Of a DNA stretch of 64,000 nt, positions 37,943 through 45,903 are shown in pieces. Source of the stretch: Sphingomonadaceae bacterium. GTDB taxonomy: Bacteria > Pseudomonadota > Alphaproteobacteria > Sphingomonadales > Sphingomonadaceae. How positions within the stretch are numbered: the first letter of the stretch is position 1; each line of letters begins with the position of its first letter. Where the stretch lies: positions 3,793 to 67,792 of the forward strand of contig JBJXDU010000030.1 of assembly GCA_046153565.1 (NCBI GenBank), read 5' to 3'. The translations under genes were made by a program, and so were the position numbers. The notes under the pieces were generated by a model. That model had not been told where the DNA came from. It searched no databases and was given only the letters and a program-made list of their open reading frames with translations.

Positions 37943-39504
37943 GCGGGATCACCGCGAAAATCTTCGGGAAAGTGCGTTATCGCACTCATTACGGGATAGG
38001 GGGTGAAGCCGCCAAGCGCGCAGAGCGAGCCGAATTTCATCGTTTCGCATAAATCAGCGATCAGCGTCAGATTCTCCTCACGCCGCTCGCCTGCGATGAT
38101 CCGGTCAAGCGTTTCAACGCCGCGCGTGCTGCCCAATCGACACGGCGTGCATTTGCCGCAGCTTTCAACCGCGCAGAATTCCATCGCAAAGCGCGCTTGC
38201 TTCGCCATGTTGACGCTGTCGTCAAATATCACGATTCCGCCATGCCCGATCAAACCGTCGGCAGCGGTGAAGGCCTCATAGTCAAACGGCAGATCGAAAT
38301 CGGCAGATGTATGATAGGCGCCCAGCGGCCCGCCAACTTGAACCGCGCGCACGGGCCTCCCGCTCGCAGTGCCGCCGCCAATATCGTTCACTAACTCACC
38401 TAAAGTGACGCCGAACGCGGTTTCGAACAAGCCGCCTTGCTTCACATTGCCCGCAATCTGGATTGGCATCGTCCCGCGTGATCGCCCCATGCCAAAGTCG
38501 GCATAGGCCTGCGCGCCGTTAGCAAGGATCCACGGCACGGCGGCAAGCGTTAGCACATTGTTGATCACCGTCGGGCAGCCGAACAGCCCCTCATGCGCGG
38601 GAAGCGGCGGTTTGGCGCGCACTTCGCCGCGTTTGCCCTCCAAGCTGTTGAGCAGCGACGTCTCCTCGCCGCACACATAGGATCCGGCCCCGACGCGGAT
38701 TTCGACCTCGAACGGCGCGATGATACCCGCGCACAGGCGGACGGCGGCCTCCATCTTGGCAATGGCATGCGGATATTCGGAACGGATATAGACATAGCCC
38801 TTCCCTGCACCCGTCGCGTGGGCCGCAATTGCCATCCCTTCGATCAGCATGAAGGGATCGCCCTCCATCACCATCCGATCAGCAAAGGTGCCGCTATCGC
38901 CTTCGTCCGCGTTGCAGACGATATATTTGCGTGCGCCTGCCGCGTCAGCCACGGTTTTCCATTTAATCCCCGCCGGGAACCCCGCCCCGCCCCGCCCGCG
39001 CAGCCCCGAGGCAAGCACGGTCGCGCAGACGTCAGCCGGGGCCATAGCGCGCGCAGAATGCAGCCCCGCCCACCCTCCGGTCGCGGCATAATCGTCAAGG
39101 CTCAGGGCACGCGTCTTGCCCGCGCGGGCAAAGGTTAGGCGAGTCTGGCGCGCGATGAAGGGGTGGTCGGCGATGCGGCCGATGCACAATTCCTCCCTGA
39201 GCTTGCCTCGGGGAGGGAGACCATCCGCAGGATGGTGGAGGGGCAATGGCTCAGCCGCTTTCCCCTCCACCACGCCCTGCGGGCGCGGTCCCCCTCCCCG
39301 AGCAAGCTCGGGGAGGATTTCATCGACATCCCCCACCGACACCGGCCCATAGCCAATGCCATCAATCTCGACGAGCGGCTCAAGCCAGTGCATCCCCCAG
39401 CTCGACACGCGTTCGACCGTTACCCCGGCCGCCTCACATGCCGCCGCTACAGAATTAGCACCGCACGCAATCGCAAGGGCATCGTCAGAAATACGAACAA
39501 TCAT
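37939..39504 (-). CDS. fdsB: NAD-dependent formate dehydrogenase beta subunit (NuoF-like; carries an in-frame repeat insertion)
   Basis: 521 aa. GLRGRGGAGFPAGIKW (FMN/NADH site), ESCGKCTPCRLG (4Fe-4S) and an N-terminal thioredoxin-like domain. Confidence 0.88.
   Translation of the reverse strand: MIVRISDDALAIACGANSVAAACEAAGVTVERVSSWGMHWLEPLVEIDGIGYGPVSVGDVDEILPELARGGGPRPQGVVEGKAAEPLPLHHPADGLPPRGKLREELCIGRIADHPFIARQTRLTFARAGKTRALSLDDYAATGGWAGLHSARAMAPADVCATVLASGLRGRGGAGFPAGIKWKTVADAAGARKYIVCNADEGDSGTFADRMVMEGDPFMLIEGMAIAAHATGAGKGYVYIRSEYPHAIAKMEAAVRLCAGIIAPFEVEIRVGAGSYVCGEETSLLNSLEGKRGEVRAKPPLPAHEGLFGCPTVINNVLTLAAVPWILANGAQAYADFGMGRSRGTMPIQIAGNVKQGGLFETAFGVTLGELVNDIGGGTASGRPVRAVQVGGPLGAYHTSADFDLPFDYEAFTAADGLIGHGGIVIFDDSVNMAKQARFAMEFCAVESCGKCTPCRLGSTRGVETLDRIIAGERREENLTLIADLCETMKFGSLCALGGFTPYPVMSAITHFPEDFRGDPA
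39189..39320. repeat. Nested-palindromic element, copy B, in frame (132 nt = 44 codons) inside fdsB
   Basis: The plus strand reads AATTCCTCCCTGAGCTTGCCTCGGGGAGGGAGACCATCCGCAGGATGGTGGAGGGG ... TTTCCCCTCCACCACGCCCTGCGGGCGCGGTCCCCCTCCCCGAGCAAGCTCGGGGAGGATTT. This has the same architecture and end sequences as copy A. Confidence 0.78.
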
Positions 39505-39923
39505 GCGACGCTTTCGATCAAGGCGGAAAGGCCTGCGCTGTCCAATCGGGCATGAACCTCAGTGCCCACCATCGCCGCCGGCCCCACCGAACAAAGCCCA
39601 AGGCAATAGGTCGCTTCAATCTCGACACGGTCGCGCGCCGATGCCTGTGCGTTCGCCAGCAAAGCCTCAACCCCGCGCGCCTGACATGCTTCAGCGCGGC
39701 AGAGTTTGATCACGGGATGCGGCGCGGGCGTGCTGCGATAATCATGATAGAAACTCACCACGCCGTAAACCTCGGCGCGACTGAGATTGAGCGCGTTAGC
39801 AATCTCGCGGATGGCATCATTATCCACACAGCCACGCGCCGCCTGCACATCATTCAGGATCGGCAACAGCGCGCCTTCACGGCCCGCATGCCGATCCAGA
39901 ATATCGTTAAGCGTCTCGTTCAA
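39501..39923 (-). CDS. fdsG: NAD-dependent formate dehydrogenase gamma subunit (NuoE-like 2Fe-2S)
   Basis: 140 aa. [10 protein letters not shown] ... [13 protein letters not shown] thioredoxin-like 2Fe-2S ferredoxin motifs. 4-nt overlaps on both sides. Confidence 0.85.
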   Translation of the reverse strand: MNETLNDILDRHAGREGALLPILNDVQAARGCVDNDAIREIANALNLSRAEVYGVVSFYHDYRSTPAPHPVIKLCRAEACQARGVEALLANAQASARDRVEIEATYCLGLCSVGPAAMVGTEVHARLDSAGLSALIESVA

Positions 39924-41026
39924 AATACAACCACACTGCGGATGCTTTCCCCCGCATGCATCAGGTCAAAGCCCTTGTTAATCTCTTCGAGGCTCAACAC
40001 GTGCGTGATCATCGGATCGATCTGGATTGTACCATCCATGTAAAGGTCGACGATCTTGGGCACATCTGTGCGGCCCTTCGCGCCACCAAACGCCGTGCCG
40101 CGCCAGTTGCGGCCGGTAACCAGCTGGAAAGGCCGCGTGCTGATTTCTTTGCCGGCCTCTGCCACACCAATGATGATGCTCGTGCCCCAGCCGCGGTGGC
40201 AGCATTCAAGCGCTTGGCGCATCACATTCGTATTGCCAGTGCAATCGAAGCTGAAATCAGCGCCGCCGTCCGTGAGGGCGACCAGATGTGCAACAATATC
40301 ATCAACCTGTGTTGGATTGACGAAATGAGTCATGCCGAACTTCATCCCCCACTCTTCGCGGGCCGGATTGATATCGACGCCCACGATCAAATTCGCGCCC
40401 GCCATCTTCGCGCCCTGAATGACGTTAAGGCCAATGCCGCCGAGGCCAAACACCACGACATTATCGCCGGGCTGAACCTTCGCCGTGTTGGTCACTGCAC
40501 CGACTCCGGTCGTAACCCCGCAACCAATGTAACAGCTCGTCTTGAACGGCGCATCCTCGCGGATTTTCGCTACGGCAATTTCAGGGAGCACCGTGAAGTT
40601 CGAGAAAGTGGAACATCCCATATAATGGAACACCGGCTGCCCCTTATAGCTGAACCGCGTTGTGCCATCGGGCATCAATCCTTTGCCCTGCGTCGCGCGG
40701 ATTGCGGTGCACAGGTTCGATTTGCCTGACAGACAGGTTTTGCACTGACCGCATTCGGGCGTGTAGAGCGGGATGACATGATCGCCGACCGCAACGCTCG
40801 TCACGCCCACGCCGATTTCGCGCACGATCCCCGCGCCTTCATGGCCAAGCACGCTCGGGAAGATGCCCTCGCTGTCAAAACCGTCGAGCGTGTAGGCATC
40901 GGTATGGCAAATCCCCGTCGCCATAATCTCAACCAGCACTTCGCCAGCGCGCGGTCCCTCGAGATCGAGTTCAACAATTTCAAGCGGCTTTTTGGCTTCA
41001 AAAGCAACGGCGGCGCGTGTTTTCAT
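39920..41026 (-). CDS. frmA: S-(hydroxymethyl)glutathione dehydrogenase / class III alcohol dehydrogenase
   Basis: 368 aa. [60 protein letters not shown] is the canonical class III ADH N-terminus. Also [13 protein letters not shown]. Confidence 0.9.
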   Translation of the reverse strand: MKTRAAVAFEAKKPLEIVELDLEGPRAGEVLVEIMATGICHTDAYTLDGFDSEGIFPSVLGHEGAGIVREIGVGVTSVAVGDHVIPLYTPECGQCKTCLSGKSNLCTAIRATQGKGLMPDGTTRFSYKGQPVFHYMGCSTFSNFTVLPEIAVAKIREDAPFKTSCYIGCGVTTGVGAVTNTAKVQPGDNVVVFGLGGIGLNVIQGAKMAGANLIVGVDINPAREEWGMKFGMTHFVNPTQVDDIVAHLVALTDGGADFSFDCTGNTNVMRQALECCHRGWGTSIIIGVAEAGKEISTRPFQLVTGRNWRGTAFGGAKGRTDVPKIVDLYMDGTIQIDPMITHVLSLEEINKGFDLMHAGESIRSVVVF

Positions 41027-41091
41027 GGGGCAAGGACCTTTCGAGACGATATGATTTGACCGAGGCTGCTATTACAAAGCATCGCGATCCG

Positions 41092-41119
41092 CAAACTGGT
41101 TTAGAGACCATTTTTGAAA
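41092..41119. repeat. 28-nt direct repeat, copy 1 (relic of a Rieske-gene 3' end)
   Basis: CAAACTGGTTTAGAGACCATTTTTGAAA matches 42232-42259 at 25 of 28 positions. The minus-strand reading gives ...FQKWSLNQFADRDAL-stop (to 41072), compared with the C-terminus KFQQWYLNQFGLETAG of the Rieske gene at 42212. Confidence 0.7.
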
Positions 41120-41129
41120 CATCATCACG

Positions 41130-42197
41130 CTATTTTTCCGACGCCGCGTTGACCAACACGATTTTGCCGACATGGCGCTTTGTCAAAAACGCTTCCTGCG
41201 CCGCAACGATACCACGCATGGGAAAGGTGGCCGATAAAAGTGGCTTGATCTCGCCACGTTCGATATAGCCAATCATGTTGGCAAAGACGTCGCGCTCAAG
41301 AATGGTGCAGCCGATTAAGCGCAAATCCTTCAGGTAGAGCGTCCGCAAATCAAGGTCGACGACGGGGCCAGAAATAGCACCCGAAACACCGTAACGCCCG
41401 CCACGCTTCAGACTATCAAGGATAGCGCTAAACTGGGTGCCGCCGACGACATCGACAGCAGCGTCAAAATAGTCTTTGCCAAATAGCACCGCTGGATCGG
41501 CACTGCGCGCTATCACATGATCAGCCCCTAGGGCGCGGACGGCTTCGGCCTTTTCGACACCTGCCATCGCGACCACCTCGGCCCCGCGACGTTTAGCGAG
41601 TTGGACAGCCGCCGACCCGACTCCGCCCGATGCGCCCGTGATCAACACGCGTTCGCCTGCGACCACGCCGATTCGTGTGAGAATATTCTCGGCGGTCGAG
41701 TAAGCGCAGGGAAAGCTGGCGAGCGCGGCGTCTGACAGGGGTGAGTTGATTCGGTGTGCGCTCGCGGCAGGCACACAGGCATAATCGGCAAATGCACCAT
41801 CCACTTCCGACCCAAAATAGCGGACGTCGAAAGCGCTTGTGCCGCGCCAGACTGGTTCGGCCAATATGCGTTCGCCAATCCTTTTAGGATCGATTCCCCT
41901 GCCAACCGCTACAATCCGCCCGCAGGCATCGGCACCTTGAATTCGGGGAAACGTAAAGCGAGCGCCCGACCAGCCATCATCGCTGGCGCCCGCAATTCCC
42001 GAAGTCGCGCCCGCATGGGTCGTTTCAGCCACGGCTTTTGAATACCAGCCAATCCGCGTGTTGATATCAGTGTTATTGACACCCGCCGCATCCACGCGGA
42101 TCAAAACATCATCAGGCCCCGGCACGGGAACCGGCACATCGTCCCTCAATTCCAATTTATCATACCCGCCATTGCCGATCAGCAGAATCGCGCGCAT
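41130..42197 (-). CDS. Zinc-type/MDR NAD(P)-dependent oxidoreductase
   Basis: The MRAILLIGNGGYDKLELRDDVPVPVPGPDDVLIRV start is typical of the MDR family, with VLITGASGGVGSAAVQLAK. The track start at 42251 would overlap the upstream Rieske gene by 40 nt and lies inside the direct repeat. Confidence 0.75.
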   Translation of the reverse strand: MRAILLIGNGGYDKLELRDDVPVPVPGPDDVLIRVDAAGVNNTDINTRIGWYSKAVAETTHAGATSGIAGASDDGWSGARFTFPRIQGADACGRIVAVGRGIDPKRIGERILAEPVWRGTSAFDVRYFGSEVDGAFADYACVPAASAHRINSPLSDAALASFPCAYSTAENILTRIGVVAGERVLITGASGGVGSAAVQLAKRRGAEVVAMAGVEKAEAVRALGADHVIARSADPAVLFGKDYFDAAVDVVGGTQFSAILDSLKRGGRYGVSGAISGPVVDLDLRTLYLKDLRLIGCTILERDVFANMIGYIERGEIKPLLSATFPMRGIVAAQEAFLTKRHVGKIVLVNAASEK

Positions 42198-42211
42198 CGT
42201 TGCGGGAATGG

Positions 42212-43456
42212 TCACCCCGCCGTTTCCAAACCAAACTGGTTTAGATACCATTGCTGAAATTTGACCACTGAACCTTCCTGATCCGAATAGCGGCCCGGGC
42301 GGTAACGGCTCGACATGATCCCGGCCTGATTATTTTCGGTGATGATTTTGTCTTGAGTTGTGGTGGCGTGATAGCCCCAGATCATCTTTTCCACATCGAC
42401 ATCCGCCTCGGTCGCGCGACCGTCGACAAGCCAGATCATCTCGACGTCGGATGCGAGCGCGCTGCGCGGTGTGAATTGGAACAGGATCACAAAATGATCG
42501 TCCGCCACAATCTGGCTGAACGGGCTGAAGCTCAAATGCATGCGGCCACGATCAGGGGCGGTACGTTTGCCCATTAGCGGGGACGGCGCAGAACCATCCT
42601 GCGTTTCGGCGGCCCAGCCATCCTTTGCCTGCCGTTGCATTAGCAGGCGCAAGTGACTGCTATCGGTTTCGTCATCGATCGTGCCGACCGGGCGGCCCAA
42701 TGCGGCGGCGCTCGCCTCCCATGCGGCTTGTTTGGGCGCGAAGGCAGCGGCGGCATCGGCAGGCCCCGAACTTGGTCCAGCACCAACCGCAATCAGCGTC
42801 TCCGCCGGATGCATCGAACAGAATTCGGGGTGCGACGGGACGCAGTGATAGCATTCGAAGAAATTCTCGATCACCAGCTTCCAATTGGCAGTGGTAGGAT
42901 AGCTGCCCGCATGCGCGATGCGCGCGTCAGCGATCCCATGATAATCGAGGATCGGCCCCAGATCGCCGAAGGTCGCATCGAAATCGTCGGGCTCACCCTC
43001 GCTCATGTTGATGAAGATCAGGCCGTGGAACACACGGATGTGGCAGGTCAGCAAACCATTTTCGGCTTTGTCAAAATCATCTGGCATCAGGCGCGCGGAG
43101 ATCAGCCGCCCGTCAAGGCCAAAGGTCCAGGCATGATAGGGGCAGACAAGCCGCGGGGCATTGCCGCTTTCGGCCTGGCAGATGGTCGAACCGCGGTGAC
43201 GGCAGACGTTGAAAAAGGCGCGGACGCTGTCCATATTTTCGCGGATGATGATGATCTGTTCGGCACCGATTTTGAACAGGAAATAATCGCCCTTGTTCGG
43301 GATGCGCGACATATGCCCCGCCATGATCCATTTCTGGCTGATGACCTTTTCCATATCGGCGGCGAATACGGCGTCGCTGGTGTAGTAGTCTTGCGGCAGG
43401 CTATATCCCATCCGGACATCGGCGGCGAGGCGTTGCATCGTATCAGCGTGAGACAT
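42212..43456 (-). CDS. Rieske non-heme iron oxygenase, GbcA/Stc2-like, paralog 2
   Basis: 414 aa. CRHRGSTIC...CPYHAWTF Rieske motif and ENFFECYHCVPSHPE iron motif. Its start shares 1 nt with the upstream stop (TGATG). Confidence 0.83.
   Translation of the reverse strand: MSHADTMQRLAADVRMGYSLPQDYYTSDAVFAADMEKVISQKWIMAGHMSRIPNKGDYFLFKIGAEQIIIIRENMDSVRAFFNVCRHRGSTICQAESGNAPRLVCPYHAWTFGLDGRLISARLMPDDFDKAENGLLTCHIRVFHGLIFINMSEGEPDDFDATFGDLGPILDYHGIADARIAHAGSYPTTANWKLVIENFFECYHCVPSHPEFCSMHPAETLIAVGAGPSSGPADAAAAFAPKQAAWEASAAALGRPVGTIDDETDSSHLRLLMQRQAKDGWAAETQDGSAPSPLMGKRTAPDRGRMHLSFSPFSQIVADDHFVILFQFTPRSALASDVEMIWLVDGRATEADVDVEKMIWGYHATTTQDKIITENNQAGIMSSRYRPGRYSDQEGSVVKFQQWYLNQFGLETAG
42232..42259. 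repeat. 28-nt direct repeat, copy 2 (inside the 3' end of the Rieske gene)
   Basis: CAAACTGGTTTAGATACCATTGCTGAAA. See 41092-41119. The two copies bracket the MDR gene. Confidence 0.7.
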
Positions 43457-45900
43457 CAGATTTTAATCCGTGCGTTTGTGGGGTCGTACATGGGTTTGAG
43501 CGAGGCGGTGACGGGATAGCGCACGCCGGCAATTTCGATTTCATAATCATCGGCACCAATCGCGCCAACCACGCCGCCATCGGCAGCGGTGACATAGCCT
43601 AGGCCACATGCGCCGCCGAGCGTGTGCGCGTACATCCCTGAACGGATATAGCCTGCGATGCGGTCACCCTGCCAGATCGGTTCATTGTGATAGAGCATCG
43701 GCTCGGGCGACTTCAGCAAGAACTGGACGAGGCGCTGTTTCAGCCCATCTTCCTTTTGGCGCAAAAGCGCATCGCGACCGATAAAGCCGCCGGGCTTACC
43801 CATCTTGACAGCAAAGCCAAGGCCCGCCTCCAAAGGCGTATCTTCATCGGTGATATCATGGCCCCAGTGGCGATAGCCCTTCTCCATGCGCAGCGCGTTG
43901 AGCGCGTGATAGCCGCAATGTTTGAGGCCAAACGCCGCACCCGCCGCGACGATTTCGTCATAGACGCCCGCCATAAATTCGGTGGGAATATAAAGCTCCC
44001 ACCCAAGCTCACCCACATAGGTGATCCGCGAGGCGCGGACGATGGCATAGCCTAGTTCGATCTCTTGGCTGGTCGCGAAAGGGAAGGCCTCGTGCGACAA
44101 ATCGTTGGGCGACAGTGACTGGAGCAGCGCGCGGGCATTTGGCCCCATGATCGAAATCACACCCATGCCCGATGAGACATTGGTGAGCACCGCATGCGCA
44201 TCGTCCGGCATGTGGCGTTTGAGCCAGTTGAAGTCGCGCGTTTCGGTTTCGGCACCCGTCACGATCAGATAGGCGGTTTCGGAGAGGCGCGTGACGGTGA
44301 GATCTGCCTCGATCCCGCCCTTGTCATTGAGCCACTGCGTATAGACCAGTCTGCCCGGCACGACATCAACATCGTTCGCACACACCCGGTTCAGCAACGC
44401 ACAAGCATCGCGGCCTTCCAGCCGGAATTTGGCGAAGCTCGACTGATCGAACAGCCCGACCGCTTCCCGCACCGCTTTGCATTCCGCCGCATTGGCATCG
44501 AACCAATTCTGGCGGCCATAGCTATAGGCGTATTTGGGCGCGCTGCCCGCTTCGCCATACCAGTTGGCCCGTTCCCAGCCGAACGCCTCGCCAAAGCAGG
44601 CTCCTGCCGCCGCCAGCCGGTCATGCAGCGCTGACTTGCGCACCCCGCGCGCGGTTTCATATTGTTTGAACGGATAATGCGTCGCGTAGAGCAAGCCGAG
44701 GCTTTCGGTGACGCGTTCGCGCAGATATTTGCGGTTGATCTGGAACGGCATGTTGCGCCGGATATCGACGCTCCACAGATCGGCCGGGGGGATGCCATCG
44801 CGGATCCAATCGGCCATCACCTTGCCAATGCCGCCCGCCGATTGCAGGCCGATCGAATTGAGGCCAGCAGCTACGAAGCAGCCCTTCAGCTCAGGCGCTT
44901 CGCCCAGATGATAGCGCACATCGGGCGTGAAACTTTCCGGCCCGCAGAAGAATTTCTGGATGCCCGCTTTCTCCAGCGCAGGCACGCGGCGCATTGCGTC
45001 CATCAACAACGGTTCGAAATGTTCAAAGCTGCCCGCGATCTCATCAAAGCAGAAATCTTCGGAAATGCCGTCCATGCCCCACGGCCGGGCATTAGGTTCA
45101 AACGCGCCGACGAGCAGCTTGCCCGCATCATATTTGTAATAGCCGCAATAATCATAATCGCGCAGCACGGGCAGCGTGTTGTCGATCCCTTCGACGCCTT
45201 CGAACAAGACGTAGTAATGCTCGCAAGCATGCAAGGGGGCTGCAACGCCGATGCTCGCGGCCAAGTCACGCGTCCACATGCCGCCGCAGATCACGACATA
45301 GTCGGCGTCGATTGCGCCTTCCGCCGTGTCCACACCCGTGACGCGGTCGCCATTGTGGCGGATGCGCGTCACCTTGGTATTCTCGAAAATCCGCGCTCCC
45401 CCGCTCCGCGCCCCCTTGGCCAGCGCCTGCGTGATATCGACCGCGTTGGCATAGCCGTCGCTCGGGATATGGATGCCGCCGACGACATCATCGACATTGA
45501 CGATGTTCGCCAGCGCCTTGATCTCTTCGGGCGTAACGACATGAACGGGCAGGTCAAACACTTTGGCCATCGAGGCGCTGCGTTTCAGCTCCTCAAAGCG
45601 CTCGGCATTGGTCGCCATCGAGATCGAGCCGCATTGGCGATAACCCGTCGCCTGACCCGTTTCGGCCTCAAGCCCGCGATACAGTTCGCCGGTATATTTG
45701 GCGAGCTTGGTCATATTGATACTCGGGCGAAGCTGCCCAACCAGCCCCGCCGCATGCCAGGTGGTGCCGCTGGTCAGTTGTTTGCGCTCAAGCAGCACGA
45801 CATCATCCCAGCCAATCTTGGTGAGATGATAAGCAATTGAGCAACCGATGACGCCGCCGCCGATGATAACGACCTTTGCTTTCTTGGGGAGTTCAGCCAC
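43456..45900 (-). CDS. FAD-dependent oxidoreductase / GcvT fusion (dimethylglycine/sarcosine dehydrogenase-like), paralog 2
   Basis: 814 aa. KVVIIGGGVIGCS, SGTTWHAAG and a C-terminal GcvT domain (GELGWELY). Confidence 0.85.
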   Translation of the reverse strand: MAELPKKAKVVIIGGGVIGCSIAYHLTKIGWDDVVLLERKQLTSGTTWHAAGLVGQLRPSINMTKLAKYTGELYRGLEAETGQATGYRQCGSISMATNAERFEELKRSASMAKVFDLPVHVVTPEEIKALANIVNVDDVVGGIHIPSDGYANAVDITQALAKGARSGGARIFENTKVTRIRHNGDRVTGVDTAEGAIDADYVVICGGMWTRDLAASIGVAAPLHACEHYYVLFEGVEGIDNTLPVLRDYDYCGYYKYDAGKLLVGAFEPNARPWGMDGISEDFCFDEIAGSFEHFEPLLMDAMRRVPALEKAGIQKFFCGPESFTPDVRYHLGEAPELKGCFVAAGLNSIGLQSAGGIGKVMADWIRDGIPPADLWSVDIRRNMPFQINRKYLRERVTESLGLLYATHYPFKQYETARGVRKSALHDRLAAAGACFGEAFGWERANWYGEAGSAPKYAYSYGRQNWFDANAAECKAVREAVGLFDQSSFAKFRLEGRDACALLNRVCANDVDVVPGRLVYTQWLNDKGGIEADLTVTRLSETAYLIVTGAETETRDFNWLKRHMPDDAHAVLTNVSSGMGVISIMGPNARALLQSLSPNDLSHEAFPFATSQEIELGYAIVRASRITYVGELGWELYIPTEFMAGVYDEIVAAGAAFGLKHCGYHALNALRMEKGYRHWGHDITDEDTPLEAGLGFAVKMGKPGGFIGRDALLRQKEDGLKQRLVQFLLKSPEPMLYHNEPIWQGDRIAGYIRSGMYAHTLGGACGLGYVTAADGGVVGAIGADDYEIEIAGVRYPVTASLKPMYDPTNARIKI

Positions 45901-45903
45901 CGA

